NCBI RefSeq assembly: GCF_009834535.1
Contig: NC_045697.1
Location: forward strand, 45,076,001-45,140,000
Source: Camelus ferus
Taxonomy: Eukaryota
Direction of reading: 5' to 3'
Length of the DNA stretch: 64,000 nt
Under the pieces are notes generated by a model. It searched no databases. It worked only from the letters and a program-made list of their open reading frames with translations, and was not told where the DNA came from. This document shows, in pieces, positions 13,007 through 26,010 of the stretch. Positions within the stretch are counted from its first letter, which is position 1. Each line of letters starts with the position of its first letter. Made by a program: the position numbers and the translations under genes.

Positions 13007-13022
13007 ATTACATAGATTTTTA

Positions 13023-13520
13023 AATCTTTATTTTAATAAATAATATTTGAGTGTATCATTAGAGCTTAAATTATTTTTACCAACAAGCCAACTCTGATCA
13101 TTCTGGTTGTTTCTAGCTTTTGTCATTATAACTAATGCTAAAATAAATAATGAACATACTTATACATAGATCTGTGTATGTTTCTCTGTTATTTCTTCAT
13201 AATTATTCCTAGAAATGGCAAAAGTTAGAAACTTTTAAAATTACACAATATGTACTACATAGTTGCATTTCAAACATATTGTTCAGTCTATATTTCTACC
13301 AGCATTATGTAAGAATGTCAGTCTCACCATACCTGTATCAGCATTGACTATTATAATTTTTAATCTTTGCTAAGTTGAATCATGGTATGTTTTCATTTGC
13401 TAATTGTTTACTAGTGGGGTTGATTTTTTTTCCTGTATCTGTGTGTTTTTTATATTTCTGCTTCTATATAGTGGATGTTCTCTTGGAGTTTTTAGTATTT
13501 TTATACTGACTTCTTTTATA
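13023..13520 (-). mobile_element. Old L1M fragment (host of the young L1; continues upstream at ~12200-12410)
   Basis: ggttgtttctagcttttgtcattata, attattcctagaaatgg, tttctaccagcattatgtaagaatg, aatctttgctaagttga. Confidence 0.75.
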
Positions 13521-14649
13521 TGTGTAACTAGATAAAAGGAAGCTGTGTTAAACCACGAAATGTTTGTCATCCTTCCACCTTTCCCCTCCTCTCTTTTCCA
13601 GTCCCTTTTTCTCTACTCATAAGAAGGAGTGTTGAACCTTTAGCTCTGCTAATTGGAGTGAGGTGTGGTTGGGAGAACACAGGCTAAACTTATGTACATA
13701 AGAAAAGGCATGGAAATATATTTTTTAAATGTGGAGACATGGAGATAACTGATTGGGGGGAAAAGTTATGAAAATAGCAAGAATTTAGAGACATTTGGCA
13801 AGAGAGAGAAAAGAAAAAAAATCCAGAATGGGGCTACAGTTTTGGAAAAGGATGATGAGGAAGATGAGACTCTACTCTGATTGATGAGGCTTTGATGAGA
13901 AGGCTAAGGCAAAGAGGGTCTTTAGTCTATTTCCCTGTGTTTTATGCAGTGAAATCTTATGTTTGCTGCTACCCCTGCCCCTCAAAGCCAAATAAAACCA
14001 TCTTCAATAGAGTATATACATTACTCTTCAAGGTCGTGGAATTAGACTTGTGTTTCTTTTGGATGTGTCACTGGGCTAGAAAGGGCCTTAAGAGAGGATA
14101 AGATAGCCCAGGTTTGCTATTAAGGTTAAACTCACATAATAAATATAAGTAATCTTATCATATTCTTAAACAAATATTTTCCCCTACTGGCTGTTTAATT
14201 TTATTTGTGAGAATTTGCACAGACATTCTAGAAGATAGAAATAGCAACTTAAAAAATGAGGCTGAAAAACAGACCTCTCCTATCTGGGAAAGATACTGAA
14301 CTTCTTAAAAAAAATTAATTCTAATGTTTTATTAGTTGATTCTCCTGGGGCTTTCTAAGCAGATTTATACTATCTGTAACTAGAAATAAAATATCAGAAA
14401 GGAGTTAAAATCTAATTTTGCTTCTTATATTTTGATTGGAAGATTTTCCAGGAATATTTTTACATAATGTTGTAAAACAATAGCACAGCTCAGTCTGAAA
14501 CACCAGAGGCATTCCTGTTTAATTCAGAAACAAGACAAGAATATCCATTAACCACATTACTAACATTATTTAATCTTCTCATCAACTTAGTATAGAAGGC
14601 ATTATTGATACAGGATACATTTAACCTTGATGAAATATACAGTACATCA

Positions 14650-14770
14650 ATATTGCCATGCTATAGATGAGGAAACTAAAATGCAGAATGGTGAGGAACT
14701 TGCCCAGGGTCACGTAGATAGGATTTGAACCCAAGTCTGTGATACGTCAGTCTGTCCTGTTCACTAGACC
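14650..14770 (-). mobile_element. MIR fragment
   Basis: tagatgaggaaactaaa...aacttgcccagggtcac...ggatttgaacccaagtctgtga. Confidence 0.85.
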
Positions 14771-16044
14771 TTTTTGCTTACTTGACCTTCCAGCAAAAGG
14801 AAATCACTTTGCTTGTAAATTGCTTAAAATTTAATAACACACTTTTATACACTTCATCTCACACTTTCTCTGAACTAAACTTTAAATGGGCCCATGATCA
14901 TTTCTAAATAATACTAAATAAACACAGAAACTCTGTCTCTTACTTCGTAGTTGATTTGGCTACATCAACCATTCCCTGAAAAAAGATAAGGCAGATCACC
15001 CAAAGAAAGGCTACTTCGTATCCAGAGATGCCCCTGCTGCTCTAATTACACCTGTGGGTTTTCTCTTTCACATGTATTTGAAAATACTGAATTGGTGTAA
15101 TTTTGTGACAACATTGGTGTGAGTTTAGGGGTTTGGAAAAAAACCCATCGAGATAGAATATCCTATTATGCTGGGAAGGAGAGCTACAGGAGAAATTTCA
15201 AGTTACTGTGTTGATAAAATTTGTAGTAAGGGAAGGTGATAAACTTTTTTCCCAAACAAGTTCCAAACCCACAAAGAGCAGCACTTGATACTGTATCTTG
15301 AAACAGAGAGTGGAGCACAGATTCCTCATACGAGATTTTACCAAGCATTGGTGCCAGTCTATGAACTGGTAACTGTTTCTGTTCTTCTTACAAAGGACAA
15401 TCATGACATTTTATATTCTTTCAGTCTTTCCATTAGAAAGAGAATGCAGATTTAGGGTTTAGGTGCACGTGTTGATTCTGTGTGCCTAACCTGCTCATCT
15501 GGCCTTTATCCCAGATTTTCCTGTCCTGTGACTAAGTTCAGGTTAGGGTGGAGCTCTCCCTGCCTTATTATGAGCTCCAATGGCATGGGGAAGCTGGAAA
15601 AATACCCACTGAGCCCTCATAAAAACGTCTGTAATCAGTTCAGTTAGGAAAACAGTACTCAAGGGATTGTTGAAGGCAGGCTAGACTTCTCCACACTAAA
15701 TTCTACTCTCTGAACTGGTGTGTGTGTGGTAGTGTGTGTGCTGCTACATCTGGTAGGTAAAAAAGATTCATGAAAGAACATTGGAGATCTTCCTGAATCA
15801 TTTGGGCAACCACAGGTCTTAGATTTCTTAATACTCAAGGAATAATTTTAATAGCATTAAAAGTAGTCAACTTCATTGTCATTCAGGTTTCTTATACAGT
15901 GTATTCATACTGTATGAATGAATGATTATTATTATGAATGAAATATTACTTAGCCATTAAAAACTGTGTATTTAAAGCATATGTAGTAACTTGGGGAAAT
16001 ATTTCAAATAGTCAATTAAAAAATGTCAATTCAAATTTAAATTG

Positions 16045-16560
16045 TTTTGAGTCAGGTTTCCATTTGTGACACTGGCCCAGCTCAGATTAAAGGGGCTTTG
16101 AGTGTGTTCCAGAAGTCTCGTGAGGATACAAAGCCTAGGAGTCAGTTCAGAGAGCTCTCTTGGAAGTTGTATCTGGAAAATCACGGAGCATAAGGCTTCT
16201 TTTTCAGGCTACTAGGTTTTCCCTGGTTTGCCATCTCCCTGCACGCCTGTGCCCTACTTCTCTCCCACGCCAACCCCCTCTCCTTAAACATAGCTTTTTC
16301 GTTGTCTCATAATGTCAGCTTGCACATAGTTCAAAATATTTTTGTTAGCTTCTTTAATGTCTCATGTGTGTTCATCTCATCTTCATTACTCACTGGCTTC
16401 ACCTCTCAGCCTCCCAATTCCAAATTCCTACACTGACTGGCTCAGCTTGGCTTTCTGAGCCAGACCGCAACTCAAGAGTCTTGAGTCAGTCTAAGAATGG
16501 GCCACCCTTGAGTCTGGTGACCAGACAGATCAGCTCCCTTTATGCTTAAGGCATAAGAGT
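16045..16560 (-). mobile_element. Probable old MaLR/ERVL LTR, between L1M 3' fragments (~15930-16020 and ~16600-16770)
   Basis: MLT-like motifs (cactggcccagctcagattaaagggg, ctgactggctcagcttgg). Confidence 0.4.
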
Positions 16561-17779
16561 CCCAGGTGAGACGCATCATACGTGTACCTAGTATTCAAAT
16601 GCTATGTAGAAATACGTATGGTTAGAAAGTAGAATTAGGGGAATAAACCAAAATATTAACAGCAGTTATCTCTGGGCAGTGATATTACAGAGATCTCTTT
16701 TTCTTCATTTTGTTTAACTTTTCTTCAGTGAACACAAATCATTTTATAATTACAAACCTAAAAAACTTCAAAATACTAAAAATTTTTTTGAAACAATGAC
16801 CTTAGAGAAAAAAGATTTCAAGAGAATTGAATTCAACACCATTTCAATCAACAGGCCCCTGTAACTAAGTGACTTACCCGGAGTCACAGAGCAAGGGAGT
16901 GGCTAAGCTCTGAGTTCCCTGATTTATTCCTGAATGACCTCAGCCACACACGGTACTGCCTCGTCTGAACCAAACAAGATTAATGCCCCTGATTGCAAGT
17001 CAGAGCCTGTGGGTAGCGGATCTCTGAGTGTGAGATCTAACTGTAAAGCTTGCTCCCAATCTTTAGGACTTGAGCAAATTTGTTAAAATAATACCCGGTT
17101 GACTTGAAACAGAACCACACCCCCCAGGTTTCATTAAACCATCACTTTGCTATGGGCTATATTTTGCTAAGGACTTCTACTTACACACTCCAAATTTTCA
17201 GCTCTGCTTTTTGTTAAAATAATATCAGCAGTAGAGAAGCAAAGGAGGAATTAGGGAATTTCCAGACGCGAAGTACACTCTCCCTCCATGCTGGTGTCTG
17301 TCTCTCTACTCTGGTGGTTTTGGCTTCCTTCCCCTAGTGTATTTCTTCTTGATGCATTAGCATGATCTCTTAAGAAGAGAATAAAGTCTTTTGGGGTGAG
17401 AGTGAAGTAGAGGCTGGGAGGGACATAAAATCAGATCTAAGCCAAAAAAAGAAAAGGAAAGAAAAGTTAGACGTCTCTTAAGGTTTCATTCAAAAACAGA
17501 ACTTCAAGCTGAAATAAAATACCATGCCTGGCAGGAAAAGGTTCCCACACAGTTTGAAATTGGCTCCTGCTTAACCTAAAGGAAACAAGAGTCCTAAGGG
17601 ATTTAGTCAGTTCTGGGCATCAAAATGCTCAGAGATAATCCCAGCTCTAAAGCACTTCCAGTGGGCTTTGCAGTGTGTGAATTCCCCCTGCAGTGAGCCT
17701 CAGAGAAGCTCAAGATATGACTCAGGTAGAAGCCCCTGGACCATTTAGTGTTTATTTCTCTGTTGGCTGAGAAGAGGAT

Positions 17780-18470
17780 GAGCTAATTTGACAAATGTCA
17801 AATGAATGATGGACTCAAGATTCAAAAAATCTCAATAGTCTATAATGGTAGCTTGAAAAATTATTCTGCCAAAAATGAAATGAAAAACATTAATGTATAA
17901 ATAAAAAATTCTAAACTCAGAAACAAAAATGAACCATACAAATAAAAGCTAGGCCAATGTTGCCTAATAGAAGTTGACATGAAAGCATCTTTGTGGTGTT
18001 GGTTTCAAGTTTAGTGTGAGTCAAGCATGCCTAAGACAATGAATGTAGAAAAACATGTCCAAAATGATTTTTCTTTAGGTTTTAGTATTTTAGGTTAGAA
18101 AAATAGCACAAGCAGACAGGAATGTGCCCAAAGTAAACAGGAGGTCTGCAAACCAGGCCTTAAGGAATCAGGAATATTTACTTGAATAAGGATACTCAGT
18201 TTGGGGGAGGGAAGAGGAGGAATATATAATAATGATTTTCCAATCCTTGAAGGATCATCATTGAGTTAGAGATCTTTGATAAAAGACCAAAGGGTTGAAG
18301 GCAAAATTCAGTTCAAAATGAGAAAGGTCTCTATAATGATTAGAGCTACCCCCCAACTGGAATGTGCTGCCTGGGGAGGGACTGTGTTCTCTGTCATTAG
18401 AAGAGTTTAAGCCAAGGCTAAAGAATGTACTAGTTGATGGTGGGGGTTCTCCTAAGACTGTATGAATCTG
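17780..18470 (+). mobile_element. L3/CR1 LINE 3' portion, degraded
   Basis: caagattcaaaaaatctcaatag, gaggtctgcaaacc, ctggaatgtgctgcctggggaggg...tctctgtcattagaagagtttaagc. Confidence 0.6.
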
Positions 18471-20352
18471 TGTTTTAAAACTTAGTCATTTAAATTATTT
18501 TTTCTTTCTACATTGTCCTCTGCATTAACTTAGTGGTATCGCTGCCCTTGTTATTTCAAGGTAGACATTGAGAAAATTTGGATATTAAAATGACTTAACA
18601 GCAAAACACCAGCAGTCAAGGTTGCCCCCTGCATTCCTTAAGGAATGAGTTTGCTTACACTTGTAGGGGTGCTATGAAACCTCTACAGTATTTATATACA
18701 ATTCTCTCCACTAGTATTTATTGCACATCTGCCACGTGCTAGGCAGGCACTGTGCCAGGGTCCAGGATACAAACATGAAAAAAACACAGTTCCACAGCAC
18801 GCACTTATATTTGGGGTTATAATGCATATAAATGTGCAGGGTATGACATTCTTGATGCTCAAATGAACTTCTGTTTTAAATTTTCTTTCTTGATTTAATG
18901 CTTCCCCATTTTGCTAGATGTTTTGGTGTTCTTAGATAAAAGTTGTTCAGAGATACCTTGGTTACCCATCTGTAATGTAGTAACTTTCAGTTGAAACCTT
19001 TCAATGTATGCAAGTTAAGAACATGGCTTTATTACATTCTATTTAAGTGAAATAGAAAACAAGTAAGCATGTGTTTATCACAAGCATCGTCCTCTACGTT
19101 GCTGCCTTAGAATACCAAGCAGGTTTATACCTCAGTACTTATACCAAAGATATCTTCTTATCTTATAAGTCAAGCTGGTGAAATTCAAGTTCTGAAGAAA
19201 TTTCCAATAATTAGAGGCCCTATGATCTGGAGTATTCCACAGTTAATGTGTGAGCAGATGTTGGCCTGCATAAAGCATTAAGATCAAAAAAAGAGTTAAA
19301 TAGGAGGTTAATTTTGCAAAAGTCTTCAGTGGTATCCAACCAGTTCTTTGGACTTCTGCTTAGATAAGAGGCAACTGCAAATTAAATTCCAGAGTTATTT
19401 GTTTCTTGACTGCTTTGCAACTATCTGCTTTCTTTGTGTTTTGTATAAATTGCATCAAGTCTTAAAAAAAAAAAAAAAAAGCAGCCTCTGAAGTTGCATT
19501 CAATTTGTTGAAACCACCACAAACCATCTGTGTGTGCAGGTGAGGAGGATGGGGGAGGGGATCCTTGACCAAGCTTGTACTGCTGCTTTTCGGGCTGAAA
19601 TGTGATCTTTTCCAATAGAAGAAAAGGCAAATTAATTCCCCAGTGGGGAACAGCCAGGCTGCTTACCAAGCTGACCCCTCTTCGTCATTGCTTGTTGCTT
19701 AGGCTTGGCTGTCTAATGAATCTCTATTCTGAGGATCCAAGCATAAGAGTCATGTTCTTAGAAAGATTCATATCCGCTTCTCAATACCCATCTCCTTAAA
19801 CAGGACAGCACAGTGGAGGGTAGATAACTTTACTTCAGAATGTCCAACAACTATTTTAAAGCAATAATGATAGCCTATGACTGTTTTTGTTTTAAAATGT
19901 GTCAGCACTGAAACAGAGTCACTGGTGTTGAGACCCACTCTCCATCAGGAAAGGTACAATTGTAGGAAATCAGCTGGAGCAAAGTAATTACACTGAACCA
20001 CACATCAGTGCATTATATGATACCCACCACTTTTGCTTAGTTAATGCAATCTAATGAAATGCAGGGAGGAGCCCTTTTGTGTCTGTATATGTTAGTGGGA
20101 ACAGAAGTATCAGGTGTCTTCAGCAGCTGCTGGGATCGAGAATCACTGATCTGTGTCTTTCCAGTCCTGGTGATCCTTAGGTGGGGGGCTGAAATAGCCA
20201 TGCCTGGTGACTTGAGAGGAGTTCTTTCTAATAATACTTTTTCCTGGTGACCCTGGAAAAAGTATCTTCATAGTCCTCCCTGCGGCCACACCTGAACCCT
20301 GGCTCTTGTAAGAAGACAAGCCTGTGATACCCAACAGTAGCGAGAACGCACA

Positions 20353-20415
20353 TTGTATGTTAATCTTATATCCTGGCACCTTGCTGAATTTATTTATCAG
20401 TTCTAGTAGTTTCTG
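20353..20415 (-). mobile_element. Isolated 63-bp internal fragment of L1 ORF2 (reverse-transcriptase region)
   Basis: Minus strand translates QKLLELINKFSKVPGYKINIQ; flanked by agaac(g/t)cacattg at 20343-20355 and 20417-20429. Confidence 0.9.
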
Positions 20416-22885
20416 AAGAACTCACATTGATCTGCTCATGGTTCCTTGAAATATTTAACAGTTATGTCAGAAATGAGCACAGAGTAAGAGCAGGTTCAAA
20501 AGAATCCATTACTTTTATTTGTTTAATAAATTTTCATCTAAGGCAAGACAGAGAGGGACCACATAAATAAGTCTTCAAGACTGACTTGTCTTTTTCAGTG
20601 TGTAATGAAGTATGTTCAGTCCCCGGTATCCTTACCAAGCTGTTCATCCTTGCAGCATACTTTCATTCCTGTATCATACAGCATAATATCATCAGCGGGA
20701 GTAAGTCTCCACACCACACTTTCCTGAAGGCCAACTGAGAGAACTACAGGATTAACTGACAGAAATTCCCAAGTGTTAGTCCCATATGTACAGGGTCGTA
20801 ACTGCTAATGTTAAGGATGGAGCAAGAAACACTGATACCATTTTGCATCATAATTAAGAAAGTTCTACAGTCCTATAAATCAGTATAGATTCCTAATGAT
20901 TCTTAATCACTTTCTATGGATTTACTATAGCCCTGTACTTTTACGTTTTTCTCAAATTCTACTTCAGACCATTGATTCTGGACAAAACTTTTTCTTACTT
21001 TTAATATTTTTCAGATGTCCTGCATATAGCATAGGCAAGATAAAATATGCATGTCTCAGGAATTAAAAGTGTTCACAAGCCATCCATATAAATACCTTGC
21101 TCACAAATGTGATGAATTCTAGGGAGGAAGTCATGCTATTATGTCAGGAGCCTCTGACTGCTCTCGTCTCTCAGTTTGACAGGAATCAATCTGAACTCCT
21201 ATAAATTATATGTACATTCTTACTCTAATAATGAGGCGAACCAGGGAAGCTATCAAACATCAAAATATCAACCGGAGCTGGCATACGATAAATTAAGGTC
21301 CCCTTTTACAAATGGTTCAGGACCTCAACATTGGTATGATGGCTCTTCCAACTTCAATAAAGTGTTTAACCAAAGATGCCCATTTAGCATCCTTGATGAT
21401 GAATCTAAGTAGGACATTGAAAATAGCCTAAGAAAAAGGCAGCAGCCATGACACTGTATTAAAATACACAAATGAATTAATAACTATTATTGATGGTGTT
21501 ACCACCAAACTCAGACCAACCAAGGCCCCGGGCCAATGAGAGCCAAAGGGCTGTTGCATTAGGGCTGCTCTTCATCCCTGCTCATTGGTGAGTGGGGCCT
21601 GGAATCGATGTTTCCTCTCCATCTTTGGTTGAACCTCTACTGGCTTTGTGAACATCAAGCCTCTTAAAGTTTCTGAGCATGGCAGGTCTCAGTGTCTGGC
21701 CCGTTTTCTAGGTCCCTGGTGCCTAGTTACTGCCTTTAATTCTTTAGCTTTTGATAACTTTCTTACCCAGTTTCTGTATGGCCACTTTCCATTGGACAGG
21801 ACCTCGTTTCTTGCCTCCCTTACTGGTCTCATCGTGGGCTTCCAAGGTTAACTGAATATTCATACCATGGGTCCCCAGAGCCAAATACTGTGAGACCCAG
21901 GCTAGATAACTTCCTGCCACCCCTCAGAGCTGTCTTCTCTTTGACCACTGAATCTGACCCAGATTGGATAAGGGTTCCTCACCCTTCCTCAACACTTGTT
22001 TTTATCTAGCAATCCTTCCCAGCTTTTCCAGGGACCCTGACTTGGCACTGGATTTGTCTTTTCTCCCAGGCAAAAGCTTCTATCACTGCATGGCCTTGGC
22101 TAATCCATGTATGAGACCTCGTAGTGTATGTCACAACCCAAAGTAAAGGGAGCATTCCAAGAGCATCAGTGATCTAAGACATTTCAGATATTCTCAGAGG
22201 TGAGAGACCGCAGAAGGTAGCCACCAACATTCAACTTGCAGATTCAAGGGTGTGGCAAGCTTAAGAAAACTGCCTTTCAAAGTCCATTAAATTGTGAACT
22301 AGGAGTGTGTTTTTGAAGTCCCATCAAGTGGAATTAGTTGATCTTTATTATTCTCTAATATTAAAATATGTGAATTGGATATATTCAGCTGGTATAGAGC
22401 AATAGATCTCAAAAAATTTAGTAATAGCTATTAAATGACTTTATTGCTATGAGAGCCAGATGGATTTAATTCTAGTTATAGTATATCAATAATCAGAAAA
22501 ATGATTTATCCCAAGGTTCTTTACTGAATTTGAGAGACTCTGTAACCACAATCAACATTGCTGAAATTACAACATGAACATACAAAATGGCTTTTTCACA
22601 GAAGAGCTTCCACTTAACCTTTTGAGGGGTCCAGGAAAACCTCTCAGAAAGGGAAGCAGTTCCCAAAGAGAATGAATGGTCAATTCAATCATCAGAAGAG
22701 ACCAACTGTACAAAGTAGCCAACATATATACCTGGCTATTGCCCAGGAAAATTGGAGATTACAAGTAGAATTGTGCTATTACATTTGAACACCACCAATT
22801 CACTACTTCATTTGCATATTAGAAAAATATCTTTTGTTTGAAGAAATAATTGGTGGCTGAGTTCCCGAGGTGGTATAATCTAAAA

Positions 22886-23071
22886 CAGTGGTCGTCAATT
22901 GTTCCAATGCTTGAGAGTTACCTAAAGAGCACATTAAAAGGGCAGATGTCCAGGCCCCACTGTGACTGACTCTGGTTCAGTAGTTTGGGGGAGAGGCTCA
23001 GTAGTCTGCCGTCAAAATAAACACCGAGATGACTTTGATGCTGGTTCCGTGAAACACACTCTGAAAAGCTG
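22886..23071. mobile_element. MER5-type hAT-Charlie MITE
   Basis: cagtggtcgtcaa...gcagatgtccaggcccca...ctggttcagtagtttgggg...gatgactttgatgctggt...acactctgaaaagctg. Confidence 0.75.
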
Positions 23072-23074
23072 AGG

Positions 23075-23290
23075 AAAGAATACGGATTTTGAAACCAGAT
23101 AGAAGCTTTCAAATCCTAATTTAACCACTTATTTGTAGCCTGAGACAAATTATTGCACTCTCTGAGTCTGCTTCCTCATCTGTAAGATGAGGACATAATA
23201 CTCTCATAGGATTGTTAAATATAGAATAAAATTTGTATAGGAAGCACATAGGGCATATACTGGATGCTCAATAAATGCTTGTTTTCTGCC
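23075..23290 (+). mobile_element. MIR SINE
   Basis: ttcaaatcctaat...ctctctgagtctgcttcctcatctgtaagatgagg...ctcataggattgtt...gctcaataaatgct. Confidence 0.85.
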
Positions 23291-23364
23291 TAAAGTCCTT
23301 GGTGGGTTTTATCAAAGGTCTAATGATAAGTTGAGATTTTTGGAACTCTTCATCTACTATTAGT

Positions 23365-23478
23365 ACATAATTATGTGATCTATTGCCCAAGCTGGGACAA
23401 TTTTGAGAATGAAAGAAGACGCTATTAATAATTATGCTGAGACAACAGGTATAAACGCAGCATTGCATAGTCACCCTA
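23365..23478. mobile_element. MER94-like hAT-Blackjack MITE
   Basis: gggacaattttgagaatgaaagaagacgctattaataattatgctgagacaacaggtataaac...gtcacccta. Confidence 0.75.
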
Positions 23479-24129
23479 ATTGTTAGTAAGATAAAAGAGC
23501 ACACAGTGACACCACCTTACTCCATTCTACTCTACACTCTTAAACTGGGAGAGTTGGAGCTGATCTTTGCAGTTATTTACTTGGGAAAAGCTTCTCAACC
23601 ACTGTTGATAATCTCCTTGCAGTCAGAATCTGTCCTTAATGCATTTTTACTGTCTCCACAATGCCTAGTATTAGTACTATGTACTGAATATAGTAGGTTC
23701 CTCAGAAAATAATTTTGAATGCTTAAATGATTTAGTTTCTCTGTTAATTCAATTATTTAAAAAAACAAACACATTCTAAGTCAATTCCCATTTTCTATTG
23801 TGTCTGAAAATTTCCAAAGAACCAAACTAATGAAGACCATAGCACAATTTTATTCAAATTCCTCTATTTTTCCCTTCTATGTAGAATATACAGAATAAAA
23901 CCCTCTCAGCCTGTGAATTTCAGAATGCAGGCCAACTGGCATCTTCATAAACCCAAGAGTGCCATTTTAGCAACAGAAATGGTTGCTCTTTTATTTTAAC
24001 AGGATCTCATACTTGCTGTGAATATATACTTCAGTAGTCATGATGAGAGAGAAAACAAAGAACTTTTAGCTCTTTAATACTCTTGAAGCTTAAATCATTT
24101 TTCAACTGGAATATTAATGAATATTGATC

Positions 24130-26010
24130 TGAGTTGATTTATACAAAAATTTGTATTAGCATAGGACTGGAAACAATCTAAATGTCCAATGAGGTGGGAC
24201 TGGTTAAATAAGCGGTAACAGCCATTTGCAAAGTGTGATCCATTGACCCCTGGGATTGACTGTGAGATTAAAGCTGTTTTCTAAATAATAGTAAGACATT
24301 ATTTATCTTTTTCATTGTCTTGATGTTTGCACTGATAGTGCAAAAGTCATGATAGGCAAAATTTGAAGTTTCTTAGCATAAATCAGGGTAGTGGCACCAA
24401 ACCAAATTAATAGTCATTTTATTCTGTTATATAGATGTCATTTTTTTAAAAAAGCCAGTTTTACTTAAGAATGTCTTTGATGAAGCAGTACAAATGACCC
24501 ATTTCATTAAATCTTAACCCTTTAGTACTTGTCTTTTAATATTCTCTGTGCAGAATGGGAAATGTGCGAAAAAAGCTCTGGTGCATTCAGAAGCCTGGGG
24601 GTTAGCACAGGAAAAGTACTTAAGCAATTGTCTGAGTTGCAGATTGGACTAAAACGAGACATTTTTACTTGAAAAACTGATTGCAAATGGTAGTTATTCA
24701 GATTTGGGTATTTGGCAGATACTTTCTTAAAAATAAGTGAGATGAACTCATCACTTCAGGGAAAAACAATAGACCACATTTCTTGCCAATGGTAAAATTT
24801 GAGCTTTTAAGAGAAAATTAAGATTTTATAAAGCCCCTAGGAACTTGACAGGTTCTCAATATTTAAAGACTTCTGGGGAGATTGGTGGTGATATTAATAA
24901 ATATTATGTTATGATATGATATAATAAAATTGACCAACATTTGGGAGATCTGCATAACTCACTATATCCTATTTTTGAAATGATTAATGTATGATGCTAC
25001 AAAATCATATATAGATGAATGATCCATTCAAAGTATAAGACAGACCAATAGATTTTCATGCAACAAAGTAAAGGAAAAAGTTTATTGCTGTGGTTTCATA
25101 TTCCATATTGTGACTAACCTTTAAGAAAACTACCACTTTGTTGAGTTTTAGTGCACTCAGAAAAGAATATTCACAATTTGAATATTTGCATATCTGAAAA
25201 GATTGAAAATATTCCTCCCTTTTCCCGCTACATATCTATGTGAGAGGCCAGATTTTCTTTATGTACTTCAACCAGAACAACATTGTGCAACAGATTGAAT
25301 GCAAAAGCAAACATGAGAATCCATTTGTCTTCAATTAGGACAAACATTAAAGAGATCTACCAAATTATAAAACAATGCCACATTTTTCACATGAAGTCTG
25401 GAGAATATAGTTAATTTTTACAAAAAGCACTTATGTTATTATGCAGTAGGCTCACAGTTGTCATTTTAAATTAATTAATATATATTTAAAATTTTTTCCC
25501 AGCATTAATTTGTATTACATGAACATTTATATATAATAAGTATTATATAAGCATCAATATAAGAAGAAATCTTTGGACCCTTCAGTAATTTTGAAAAATG
25601 TAAAAGTTCCAGAGATAAAAAATTTTGAGAATTGCTGAGTTACGGTGTATTAATAAAATGGAGTTCTTTACAACAATGGAAAAGAATGAAAGTGTTTATT
25701 GGAATTCACTCCATTATATGTTGTTAAGCAAATGAAGTGAGTCGCATTACATTATGTATAGTATGTTTCCATTTGTGTAAAACTGGGGGACTGAAGATGT
25801 ATAAGAATATAGCTACATATACATGCATATACACATTATTATTTATGAATGGAGATTTCTTGTATATCCTAAACTGGTTGCATCTGGGTAAGTGACCTGG
25901 GGTTTGAGTAGATGGGAGAATAACTTTCATGGTATATATATCCTTTTGTATTTAAAAAAATTTTTTTACAATGAACTCATGCTATTAACAAAGCTATTTA
26001 ATGATTTTTA
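24130..26010 (+). mobile_element. Old L1M 3' end, interrupted by Charlie1a
   Basis: ctggaaacaatctaaatgtccaat...gactggttaaataa before 24219 resumes after 25637 as ...aaaatggagttctttacaacaatggaaaagaatga. Confidence 0.75.
24219..25637. mobile_element. Near full-length Charlie1a-type hAT DNA transposon (~1.4 kb, degraded transposase remnant)
   Basis: TIRs cagccatttgcaaa / tttgagaattgctg; internal motifs tttgcactgatagtgcaaaag, gtggcaccaaac, gatttgggtatttggcagat, agattgaatgcaaaagcaaacatgagaatcc. Confidence 0.85.

Noticed and set aside
15304..15370. Exon-like segment (acag|AGAGTGG...GAACTG|gtaact)
   Set aside because: Weak polypyrimidine tract and unrecognised peptides in the open frames
15894..16486. 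Short palindromes attcatac-t-gtatgaat (15903-15919) and actcaaga-g-tcttgagt (16470-16486)
   Set aside because: 8-bp arms are expected by chance a few times in 64 kb of AT-rich DNA
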